From assembly GCF_001194135.2 (NCBI RefSeq), contig NC_068997.1:24432778-24482683 (forward strand): a stretch of 49,906 nucleotides of DNA, in the 5' to 3' direction. Origin of the DNA: Octopus bimaculoides (taxonomy: Eukaryota). The first letter of the stretch is position 1. Each line of letters starts with the position of its first letter. Made by a program: the position numbers and the translations under genes. Of this stretch, positions 1 to 11,765 are shown in pieces. Below the pieces are notes generated by a model. That model saw only the letters and a program-made list of their open reading frames with translations. It was not told the origin of the DNA and ran no database searches.

Positions 1-41
1 CATCATCATCGTCGTCATAATCATCATCATTATCATCATTT

Positions 42-73
<32 letters not shown>

Positions 74-360
74 TTATCATCATCATCATCGCCGTCATAA
101 TAATCATCATCATCATCATCATCATTGTCACCGTCGTCATCATTGATCGTTGTCGTCGTTTTCGTCATCGTCACCATTGTCGTCGTCGTCATCATCTTCA
201 TCATCATCATCATCACCACCACCATCTATTGACGTGATCGTCATCCACATCACCATCATCGTTGACACCATCATCGACATTACTAGCGCCATAATCATCA
301 TCACCATGACTACGACGACCTCCACCACAACTACCATCATCATCATCATCGATAGCAACT
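1..360. repeat. Low-complexity (CAT/CGT/CAC)n trinucleotide tract
   Basis: Imperfect catcatcat/cgtcgtcgt/caccac repeats from the window start. Confidence 0.9.
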
Positions 361-636
361 GCTGTGAAAATCTGCAAATAACAACAGAAACAACAACAAG
401 AATAAAAGCACCCGAAATGAAAGCCGTAGCAGAGGAAGAACAAGCAAAACAATGACAACAACAATAACATAATTAAAAAAAAAAATGACAGCAACAACAA
501 CAGCAACAAAAACAATACATGAAAGAGAGAAACAAACATATGAAGTAGAGACAAAAAATATATATAAATACACACAAAAAAATGAAAAATCAGAAATTAA
601 ACTAGAGAGTTATGGTGGTGGTGGTGTTGGTGTTGC

Positions 637-673
<37 letters not shown>

Positions 674-1019
674 GGTGGTGGTGGTGNNNNNNNNNNNNNN
701 NNNNNNNNNNNNNNNNNNNNNNNNNNNNNNNNNNNNNNNNNNNNNNNNNNNNNNNNNNNNNNNNNNNNNNNNNNNNNNNNNNNNNNNNNNNNNNNNNNNN
801 NNNNNNNNNNNNNNNNNNNNNNNNNNNNNNNNNNNNNNNNNNNNNNNNNNNNNNNNNNNNNNNNNNNNNNNNNNNNNNNNNNNNNNNNNNNNNNNNNNNN
901 NNNNNNNNNNNNNNNNNNNNNNNNNNNNNNNNNNNNNNNNNNNNNNNNNNNNNNNNNNNNNNNNNNNNNNNNNNNNNNNNNNNNNNNNNNNNNNNNNNNN
1001 NNNNNNNNNGGAAGAATGT

Positions 1020-1169
1020 AATTAGAAATAGGAATCGAATGAAATAGAAATGGTGAATTAAAAAGAAGGGAATGAAAATAAACGGAGAAAAGAGAATGAA
1101 AGAGATGAATTGAAGAACGAATTTAATCAGTGAAAGATAGACGAAACAATCTGCGAGAAATAAAGAAAT

Positions 1170-1216
<47 letters not shown>

Positions 1217-1595
1217 AGAAAAGGAGAAGGGAAGTGCAGAGAGAGGGAGAGAGAGAGTGTGAGAGCATGTATGTGTTTGTTGTGTGTGTTCATGTGTGCT
1301 TGTGAGTGAAGAGGAAATAGAAAAAAAAAGAGAGAATGGTTCGAGAGAAGATGTAGCTATAGACAGCGATTGAGACAGAGAGAGAGGGGGGGATTGAATA
1401 ATCAGAGATGTAGAGAAAGGGATAGAAAGAGAGAGGGGGATTGAATAAGAAAGGAGAGAGACACAAAGGTGTAGCAAGAGAAACTGGGAGGGAGAAAACA
1501 ACGAAGAGAGGAATCAAAGAGGAGGGACTGAGTGAATGCAGGAGTGAGAAGACGGTAGAATGAGTGTAAAGAGTTTCATTGAACGAGAAAGAGAG

Positions 1596-1641
<46 letters not shown>

Positions 1642-1645
1642 TGGA
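1020..1645. repeat. Purine-rich low-complexity tract with (GATA)n and (GA)n
   Basis: (GATA)n at about 1170-1213, (GA)n at about 1590-1640, GA-rich throughout. Confidence 0.85.
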
Positions 1646-1905
1646 GTTAGACTATTAGTGAATGAATGGAGATAGAAGTTGAGAGCATGTGAGTGCATGA
1701 CAGAGTGAGTTAGTGGCCGACTGTATTTTCTTTTCTTTGTAAAAAGAAAATCATTCGCAGGAGAGTTTAATAAGTTTAATTGCCATGAAGAGTGTGGGAA
1801 TAATTTCGGGCATTTCTTTTCTTCCGTCTGAACAAGGAGGCAAGTGCGAAACTGCAAGAAATACCAAACAAAAATTTCATTGATAATACACTGCATCATC
1901 TAAAA

Positions 1906-1990
1906 CACTGTTTCTCAACCAGTTTTTTTATCCATTGACTCCTTTGATTCCTATGGTTTCGCATGGACCTTCATGTCCATTCTATGTTTC
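1906..1990 (+). mobile_element. Left end of a hAT-like non-autonomous element (same family as 15097-15420)
   Basis: cactgtttctcaacc resembles the hAT/Charlie-type TIR cagtg(g/t)ttctcaacc. The following tttttatccattgactcctttgattcct...catgtccattctatgttt aligns by eye to 15111-15180. The left flank atctaaaa resembles the nTCTAGAn target preference. Confidence 0.6.
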
Positions 1991-2544
1991 ATATATGTGC
2001 AAATACATACACATAAAAAATATAAGCATATAAAAATGTAAACCCACATAGATAATGCTATACTTAGAATGCTGTTTGGACTGAGACCGTCCTTTCAATC
2101 CCTCCTCTTGTGTCCGCTCTGTACGAAATAGGACTTCCATTTCTTTTTTTCTCGGGACGTTTACTCTGTGACATTCCTTCTTCACTTACAAAGGATTAAG
2201 TGGAACATCAATAGCATCAACTTCCGGTTTAGGAGAGCCTGCAAAGAATGTAGACACTGCTTGTTCCTCCAGACCCAACAAGCAGAAGAGAAAAAAATGC
2301 TCTTGACGTACTTAAGTGCATTCATTTCCAAGATTCTTGCATTATCCCCGAGCGTAAAACCTTTCATACCACTGCAGTTTCCGGTACTGCAAAAAGACGT
2401 TTTTGTGTGACTCCACTGGATGTTTTCCAGTTTAATAGTGAGAGTGGAGCGGTCGGCGACCACAGCCTCGAATAACAATCCAAAAACATGAGAATATCTT
2501 TGCATGTATTATAGGAATTGAGAAACTTCGAGATATCTTTTATC

Positions 2545-2770
2545 TCTTACTTTTTACTTGTGTAACTTTGGATTGCGGCCATGCTGCAACATCGCTTTGA
2601 TTGGTTTAGCTGAACAAATCGATGCCAGTACTTATATTTTTTTGAAAGCATAGCACTTATTCTATCCGTCTTCTGCCGAACCGCTACGTTAAAGGAATGT
2701 AAACAAATCAACATTGGTTGTCAAGCGGTGGTGTGGGACAAGCACAAATATTCTGACACACACATACACA
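2545..2770 (-). mobile_element. SINE family A, 3' half (degenerate)
   Basis: tttttacttg...gattgcggccatgctg...acttattctatc...tgccgaaccgcta...gtaaaca...ggttgtcaagcg is the reverse complement of the tail of the copies at 3084-3405 and 40335-40770. Confidence 0.85.
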
Positions 2771-3083
2771 CACAGATATTTGTGAATATAACATATTTCT
2801 CTCTTTTACGGGATCAACGACAGTGAGTCGCTAGAAAAGTATATAGTAATTTGTGAGTGGAATGAGCTTTCGTCTCTAGGTAGTGATGAAAACACGCAGA
2901 GGACGGGTAACCACCCAGAAACTCGAGTCCGTGTGTATCAGGTAAGGCTAGAAATGGGCATGATGACTTCCCCTCGCAAGTACTAATCAGACACAGACTG
3001 TCGTTAGCCAGCTGGAGAATGTATCTTCCTGGGGCTATAAACAAGAATAACACTGTCTCGTATAGGACGCCAAACTTATTTGG

Positions 3084-3405
3084 CAATAGCTTCAGGCCGA
3101 TCAAAGCCTTGTGAGTGGATTTGGTAGACAGAAACTGAAAGAAGCCCGTCGTATATATGTAAATATGTATGTGTCTGTGTGTGTTTGTATATGTTTGTGT
3201 GTCTGTGCTTGTGCCCCAACCAACACTTGATAACCGATGTAGGTGTGTTTACGTCCCCGTAACTTAGCGGTTCGGCAAAAGAGACCTATAGAACAATTAC
3301 TAGGCTTACAAAGAATAAGACCTAAGGTCGATTTGTTCGGCTAAAGGCAGTGTTCCAGCATGGCCGCAGTCAAATGACTGACACAAATGAAAAGAAAAAA
3401 GAATA
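3084..3405 (+). mobile_element. SINE family A, 5'-truncated, with internal TA/TG microsatellite
   Basis: Contains caaagccttgtgagtggatttggtagacagaaactgaaagaagcccgtcgtata, then cgtccccgtaacttagcggttcggcaaaagagacc and ccagcatggccgcagtcaaatgactga, all shared with other copies in the window. Confidence 0.9.
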
Positions 3406-3943
3406 TATAATCGTGAGAGTGTGCGCGTGAGAGAGTGAAATTGCATGTGTGTGCGTGAGTTTGGTTGTGTGCGTGTGTGAGTGTGTGTGTGTGTGTGTGT
3501 GCGTGTGTGTGTGTGCGTGTGTGTGTGTGTGTGCGTGCGTGAATGAAATATTAATGAAGTGATTTAGGACAATCGGCCACTGTTTCGTTTACAGCTTTTT
3601 AAACCCTTCAATCAGGTGTTGACTGAAGATCATAATGATTTCAGCACCTACAGAGATCACCGTTCCCACTCGAGGTACCAAGCAGCATTTGATGCTAACC
3701 AGGAAGTAGCTGGGTTGTTGTTTGTGTCCTTACCATAGCCCGTGTTTTACCTTTCCGCTGTGATCTATTGAGGAAACACACCAAAGCAGGTTTGTACAGC
3801 GGTGACTTCAACCACGCAGCAACTGTTATATACTGTTATACTGGAGAGTTAATATTGATATTTGCACATAGAGCCATCGGTTACCATATGTGTAAGCAGG
3901 TGGTCTGTGAAAGATTTATGTATAGCTATTATTTTTATTAACG

Positions 3944-3978
<35 letters not shown>

Positions 3979-4048
3979 ACCTGGGAGTCTTGTATGTTTA
4001 ATGCCGGGAACACTAACAGATACTATCATGCTAAAACTGAAACACTCT

Positions 4049-4088
<40 letters not shown>

Positions 4089-5512
4089 TGTGTGTGTGAG
4101 TGCGTGAATTCTTTCTGTTCCTCCGTAGGTGTGTACATATCCAAACAAGAAGAAACAAAGAGACAGAAAGGAAGAGTCAGAAAGCACATATATATATATA
4201 CATATACACATATCCATATATATATATGTATATGTATACATATATGTATATATACATATATGTTTATATATATGTGTGTATATGCCTGTGTGTGTATATA
4301 CAGATATATATATATGCATGTATGTACGTATGTATGTATGCATGCATGTAAACATATATCTGCTTGTGTGTGAATATTCATGCGTGTTTGTGTCTGCGAG
4401 TGTGATTGTGTGTGCACATCTTTCTTTGTGTGCGTGTTGCATGTGTAATGTATGTATATTCAACTTACAGCAGGAGATACATTTCATGCAAATATCTCTC
4501 TTCATTTTTGTCTTACCNNNNNNNNNNNNNNNNNNNNNNNNNNNNNNNNNNNNNNNNNNNNNNNNNNNNNNNNNNNNNNNNNNNNNNNNNNNNNNNNNNN
4601 NNNNNNNNNNNNNNNNNNNNNNNNNNNNNNNNNNNNNNNNNNNNNNNNNNNNNNNNNNNNNNNNNNNNNNNNNNNNNNNNNNNNNNNNNNNNNNNNNNNN
4701 NNNNNNNNNNNNNNNNNNNNNNNNNNNNNNNNNNNNNNNNNNNNNNNNNNNNNNNNNNNNNNNNNNNNNNNNNNNNNNNNNNNNNNNNNNNNNNNNNNNN
4801 NNNNNNNNNNNNNNNNNNNNNNNNNNNNNNNNNNNNNNNNNNNNNNNNNNNNNNNNNNNNNNNNNNNNNNNNNNNNNNNNNNNNNNNNNNNNNNNNNNNN
4901 NNNNNNNNNNNNNNNNNNNNNNNNNNNNNNNNNNNNNNNNNNNNNNNNNNNNNNNNNNNNNNNNNNNNNNNNNNNNNNNNNNNNNCGTTTTGTCTGCTAT
5001 TCACACGGCAGAACTGGTCGGCGTTCTTGCTTTGTCACTTCAGATGCAATGAAGCGTGACATCATAAAAGCCAGTCAGTTCGACACGGCATCGGGGGAAT
5101 ATGATTAACATGCGGATGGCGGAGGGGGGGGAGTAGGGACGTGGGAGTGAGTGAGAGAAAGAGAGAAAGATGAAGGGAGAGGGATGGCTACGGAGGGAGA
5201 GGATGGGGAAACAAATGGGTGGATTACAGGATGAGACGGTGGGGGTAGTTGAGAATATAATAGTGGTAGAGAGACTTAAGATGGAGATTATAACAGAGAG
5301 AATAACAGGAGGGGGAGTGGTTGATTGTGTGTATTAGAGGGTAGGAGAAAGTGAGAGAAATGAGAGAGAGAGAGAGAAGAAGGGAGAGGATGAGGAAAAG
5401 ATGGGGGTAGTCATAGAAAGAGAGACATTGCTAAGGTTAGTTTTGAGAGATACCCAAAGAGTAATAGTTAAGAGAAAGAGTGCAAAAGAAAGAGGAAGTT
5501 AATGAAGGAGGT

Positions 5513-6075
<563 letters not shown>

Positions 6076-6939
6076 ATGCATACATAGATGCAGGGAGAGC
6101 GAGGGATAGACAGAGTGAGCGTGGGTGAAAGAGAGAGGGACTATATACATGTGAACTAGATAGTTCATGCTTTTGTGTATGCGCGCGTGCGTATTCACAA
6201 TTGTGCGTATGTGATAGAGATAGAGCTGCTGTCAATGAACTCAAATGTCTGATGAAAATTTACATACACATTCACGCGCACACATACAGTTTATGTTGCG
6301 CACAGTTTGACCTAAACAATATGTTTCTATATGTTATTATGTAAATTTATGTCTCATGCTATGTACTCAGTCTAGCACTCGCAAACATAACCTCAATAGC
6401 GTCACTGAAACGGCTAGAAATAGCAACGTAAAAGAGTAAGAACATGAATAATGTACTTCTGTTTATAGCTTATACAAACTAGGATATTCAACTTAAAGTC
6501 TTAGCATAGTTTTCATAACAGTGCAAGCGCTAACAATGTTAATTCATCACAGTATTTACTTTGCAGCATTTCTTGCTTATCTATCATGTAAAATAAACTG
6601 GTTTTTAATAAACGTAGGATGTTAGACTTGTTTTAAAATGGAACAACGTAACTACATTCCAAGAGTTTTTACGTCCCCATGGGTCAAAATGTGAAATTTA
6701 TGTATTTAACCTGGAGTCTAAGATTTATTAAAGACAGAAGTGTCAAGCTTGCGTGCATGGAAATAAGAGTATCGTGGAAGCTTTTACATTATGCAGACGT
6801 TGAAGTCCCAGCCTAAAGTGAGATACAATTGCCACCTACTAATTTAACTGTCTGGAAGACCTCAGAGGAAGCATTAGTTTGTATATTATTACCAAAAGTA
6901 GAAAAATTATCGAAATTTAATACAACTTCGAAGGTCGAA

Positions 6940-7055
6940 GGCAGTAACCCGGCGGAACTGTTTTCAAGCAGGACAAAAAGCTTAGAGGCATTTCGTTCTT
7001 TTTTTACCTTCTGAGTTCAAATTCCACCATGGTCGACTTTCCCAATCATCGAGCA
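6940..7055 (+). mobile_element. SINE family B, degenerate 5' (tRNA-like) part
   Basis: cttagaggcatttcgtt...ttctgagttcaaattccaccatggtcgacttt matches the head of the copy at 7315-7546 and carries the B-box-like GAGTTCAAATTCC. Confidence 0.75.
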
Positions 7056-7314
7056 AAACTGGTTGCGCCGATGACGATGAGGATGATGATGAGTAAAAGG
7101 AGGAGGAGGAGCAGGAGGGGACGAGGAGGAGCAGGAGGGGAGGAGGAGGAGCAAGAGGGGAGGAGGAGGAGCAAGAGGGGAGGAGAAGGAGCTGGAGGGG
7201 AGGAGGTTTGCTGCTGCTACCAATGATGACACTACGGATGATGGTCACTATGATATATGTTTGCATATATGTCTATAAGCATGCGTACATGCATGCATTT
7301 ACGTATGTATGTAT

Positions 7315-7546
7315 TATTTCTTTACTACCCACAAGGGGCTACACACAGAGGGGACAAACAAGGACAGACAAACGGATTAAATCGATTATATCGACTCCAG
7401 TGCGTAACTGGTACTTATTTAATCGACCCCGAAAGGATGAAAGGCAAAGTCGACCTCGGCGGAATTTGAACTCAGAACGTAGCGGGCAGACGAAATACCG
7501 CTAAGCATTTCGCCCGGTGTGCTAACGGTTCTGCCAGCTCGCCGCC
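7315..7546 (-). mobile_element. SINE family B, near full-length and best-preserved copy
   Basis: Minus strand reads ggcggcgagctggcagaaccgttagc...ttctgagttcaaattccgccgaggtcgactttgcctttcatcctttcggggtcgattaaataagtaccagtt...ccccttgtgggtagtaaagaaata. It has Pol III A/B-box-like motifs (B box at 7461-7473) and a central gcctttcatcctttcggggtcga domain resembling the MetaSINE-type core (recalled, not searched). Confidence 0.92.
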
Positions 7547-7577
<31 letters not shown>

Positions 7578-8064
7578 TGTATGTATGTATGTATGTATGT
7601 ATGTATGTATGTATGTATGTACGTGTGTGTGTGTGTGTACGTGCGGGTGTGTGTGTATGTGTGTGTGTGTGTATGTCTACTCATGTATGTCAACATATCA
7701 GCACTTAATATTTGTACTTCGAGTTCATTATTCTAAGTGGCCTGAACATAGCAGCTCCCCGCAAAAAAATACTACCACGCATGTGTGCATATATATATTT
7801 GTGTGTGTTTGTGTGTGTGTATCTATGTATCTATGTATCTGTATATTTATACATGACAGAGTATGTGCGCTTGTGTTGTGTATGCGTGTAAATCATGTTT
7901 GTACTCTTGAATGTATTTCTGTATTGAGAAAGGAACAATGATGTAACGCCGCTGGTGGGAGTTTTGTTCAAGGCTACTGATTGTGTCACATTCAAGATTG
8001 ATCTCAGAGCCATAGAGAAATGGGAATACGCTTTCCACACTACTTCTCCTTAAGCCCATTTTTA

Positions 8065-8065
<1 letters not shown>

Positions 8066-8120
<55 letters not shown>

Positions 8121-8328
8121 AGCTGCTGCTGCTGCAGCAGCTACTATTACTACTAATAGGCCTACTACTACTACTACTATTGCGGTTGCTGCTGCTACTT
8201 ATTTTTCTTTTCTGTCATACTTCTTGGTTTTCTTTTGTGAAATTGTTTTTTCTCCAAAGTTGCTGAGGCTTCATAATTAACATTCTTCTTGTCATTATCA
8301 TGAATATTCAAATCGCCTTCACTTTCAC

Positions 8329-8374
<46 letters not shown>

Positions 8375-8428
8375 TTCTTCTTCTTCTTCTTCTTCTTCTT
8401 CTTCTTCTTCTTCTTCTTCTTCTTCTTC
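8066..8428. repeat. Compound trinucleotide microsatellites (ACT)n, (GCT)n, (CAT)n, (CTT)n
   Basis: Directly visible perfect runs. Confidence 0.95.
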
Positions 8429-8821
8429 AAGCGAAGTTTCATTTTTCAAATTGGGCTTCGGAATGTGTAGATGTGTTGGTAGTACCGTAGTTTACAGGTC
8501 TTGCCTGTGATAGTAGCGTAGCTTAAATGGTTTTAATATGAAAACAATATATTACTAGAATGAATTGTGAACTATTTAGTGCGAGGTCTTTGGAAACTAC
8601 ATTTTATGCAAAGCAATTAATCTAAGTAGACAAGCATTCAAGTCGTTGCATTTGCAGCTTATATGATTGGTTAATTGAAAATAGTATGTTTAGTGGGAGA
8701 TTGTGAGAGTTTATTTTGCGCGAATTTAAATTGTTCATCAGACGGAAATATTAGCTATTTATATAAAATAATTACTGTTGTGTGAAATGCTTCTTTATTA
8801 TTTTGAAGATATTAGCTACTG

Positions 8822-9040
8822 AATTCTACAAAATCTACAGCACTAGAGTCAGAGAACCTTATAGGAGAGACCCTGATATATCTAGCCGGTAGTTTTTGGA
8901 CACATCCACTAGTTCCTGCTCTTTACTTGTAATGTTTATGACATTCCAATTCCCAAACCTTAACGGTTGTTACTTCCTGGACCCGCTTCGGGGTTCTGAG
9001 ACACACATCCTTTGTGCTCCATCCCCATGCTTCTTAGATT
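8822..9040 (-). mobile_element. Decayed RTE-type LINE: N-terminus of the apurinic endonuclease domain
   Basis: Minus frame reads KKHGDGAQRMCVSEPRSGSRK*QPLRFGNWNVINITSKEQELVDVSKNYRLDISG, then after a 1-nt shift VSPIRFSDSSAVDF. This fits the LINE endonuclease start pattern LRFGTWNV..LT.KE.ELV.....Y.LDI.G.S. One stop and one frameshift. Confidence 0.8.
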
Positions 9041-10404
9041 ATGTGGCAGATTATGCGACAGGCTTTCTGCAGGCTGACCGGCATTGTTTAGAGACCGCAA
9101 TAGACTTTTCAAAGAAACACTTTCTATCTAACATCTGAACGCATCTCTTGTTAACCAGCACGACGGATGATGCCCCTTTCATATTTCAATCTTTAGTGAT
9201 CTTATTCACATCAAGCAGTAACTAGGGGCTTATATTTTACCGGTGAAATGTGGGCTGAGCTGAGGATGTATAAACCTGAACGCCCCAATATCCGTTGTTC
9301 ATAATTGATAACGAATATTGGAAGCGAGGTCCTATTTGCACTTCTGTAACTCGAAATATCGTTGTCGTAGTGTAATCACCAAAAAGAATTGTGTCGCATG
9401 ATTTTACTGCAGATTTATTTACAAAACTTTACCAAGTTCCTAGATGGCCTTGCGGTTAAAGGTGTCTATAAGCAATGATATATATGTATAAAAGTAGAGA
9501 TGTCATTCTCTTTCAAGGAAATATAATGGGGTCTTGTTAAATATCTAAATGGAAGTTCCCCAGCGTAGCTGCAGCCATTGAGTTGGACTTCATCATAGAA
9601 GTATTCTTTTTTTCATATTATATCTATAAAGAAATTTATGATATTATATATCCTACATTCCCGGGAACTAGAATATAAAGCTAGATTGATTAGCTAATTA
9701 TTGAAATTGTGATTAGATACGCTTGAGATTTGAAACTGTACTAATTTTACAAACTACTCACCTGATAAAAAAAAAATAACTTAATACACTTTATTGCGTA
9801 TTTTACCTTTTATTAGTAAGTCTTGTTCTTACGAATAGGCTCAAAGGTGAAACAGTAGTATGAACATATGTACACATACACACATGCATACACACACACA
9901 CACACACACGCATACACACATACACACATACATACACACACACACACATTTATATGCATCTATACATACATACGTACATACATACGTACATACATACACT
10001 ACATACAAAGTGTAGTCAAAGATACTTAGACATAAAGATACGCAAGCCTAGAGCCACGCACACACAGACACACACATAAGTACACAGACACACTCACACA
10101 CCCATATTGGCACACAAACTGACACACGCAAACACACACACACACACACGCTCACACACACAACCCTACAAACAGGTTCACGTACAAACTCAGGTACTCA
10201 TATACGCATAGACACAAACACCCTCCATTCACCACATACATATATCCACCATTACCCCCACAAGCACCACCACCACCACCACCACACCCCACTTCCACCC
10301 TCCCAATATCAATCAAATCAAAAGAAATGATCAAATATGGCGACTCAGTGAAAAAAATGATAATTTTCCGCTTGAATTCCGAATTATTGATCATTACACT
10401 GTTA

Positions 10405-10467
<63 letters not shown>

Positions 10468-10610
10468 GCTGCTGCTAACGCTACCACTGCTGCCGCTGCT
10501 AGTCTTGCTACTGATGTTCATGATGCTGATGCTGCTGTTGTTACCACCAGTGCTAGTGGTACTGCTACTAATACTACCACGGCTGCTTCTTCTACAACTA
10601 TTACTACTAC
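10405..10610. repeat. (ACT)n microsatellite and GCT/ACT low-complexity tract
   Basis: Perfect (ACT)n at about 10405-10467 followed by degenerate gct/act repeats. Confidence 0.9.
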
Positions 10611-11171
10611 TAAATATACTGTAGTAAAACAAATGATATAACAATATTGATATTTGATACCCTCTGATATATTGAAAGTTTGAAAATAAAGGAACATGGT
10701 TAAACCCCCGATTCGACAAGAAAACTTTCTACATGGTTCCTCAATCAACAACAAAACAATAGCCTCTATATCTCATTCAAATCACACCGCTTCGGCCAAT
10801 AAGGCACACTTTTCTTTATNNNNNNNNNNNNNNNNNNNNNNNNNNNNNNNNNNNNNNNNNNNNNNNNNNNNNNNNNNNNNNNNNNNNNNNNNNNNNNNNN
10901 NNNNNNNNNNNNNNNNNNNNNNNNNNNNNNNNNNNNNNNNNNNNNNNNNNNNNNNNNNNNNNNNNNNNNNNNNNNNNNNNNNNNNNNNNNNNNNNNNNNN
11001 NNNNNNNNNNNNNNNNNNNNNNNNNNNNNNNNNNNNNNNNNNNNNNNNNNNNNNNNNNNNNNNNNNNNNNNNNNNNNNNNNNNNNNNNNNNNNNNNNNNN
11101 NNNNNNNNNNNNNNNNNNNNNNNNNNNNNNNNNNNNNNNNNNNNNNNNNNNNNNNNNNNNNNNNNNNNNNN

Positions 11172-11221
<50 letters not shown>

Positions 11222-11459
11222 ATCATTACTGATAATTTATTTTACCGATCCTAGAATGATACAGAAGCAACAAGATTTTAAAACAATCTACCGAAGTACT
11301 GAAATTATTACTAGCAGAGAGACTTTCTTTCCAGCCCCGTGACTCATAAGAGCAGTTACCTAATTCCCATAGCGTAGGAGTGAATGAGATTACAAAATAC
11401 CATTAAACTGGCAACCAATGCATTGCAGGACTCAAGGCAAGTAATGCTGAGGACAGGGC

Positions 11460-11765
11460 ACACGCCGATTACATCGTCCCTAGTATTTGACTTGTACTGC
11501 ATTCTATTTTAAAACATAAAGATCGGGAAGACCGTTACGTAGTTTGTCCTACGTGGTCACATATCTCTCAGTTCGCTGTCTTCTAGCATAGATGCCGGGC
11601 CTGACATTTCTGGAGAGGTTAGTTTATGTCAGTAATTGACTGGTAGTTTAGATTACCAACTTCAAGTGGATGAAAACCGATGCTAACCTCGGCAGAATTT
11701 GAACTCAAAACCTAAAGAACCGTTAAAAATATCGCAAGGTAATTTCATCGTCATTCTACTGATTT
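11460..11765 (-). mobile_element. SINE family B, degenerate (probably two adjacent partial copies)
   Basis: ccgattacatcgtccctagtatttgacttgtact and agtaattgactggtagt...ggatgaaaaccgatgctaacctcggcagaatttgaactcaaaac match the reverse complement of family B. Confidence 0.65.

Noticed and set aside
2194-2306. Plus frame GLSGTSIASTSGLGEPAKNVDTACSSRPNKQKRKKCS* resembling a polybasic small-GTPase C-terminus
   Set aside because: It ends CS-stop rather than a CAAX box, no upstream GTPase exons are visible, and it overlaps the putative hAT remnant.
7430-7546. tRNA-like fold with A/B boxes (also other SINE heads)
   Set aside because: These continue into SINE bodies, are multi-copy and lack a proper anticodon arm. 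They are SINE heads, not tRNA genes.
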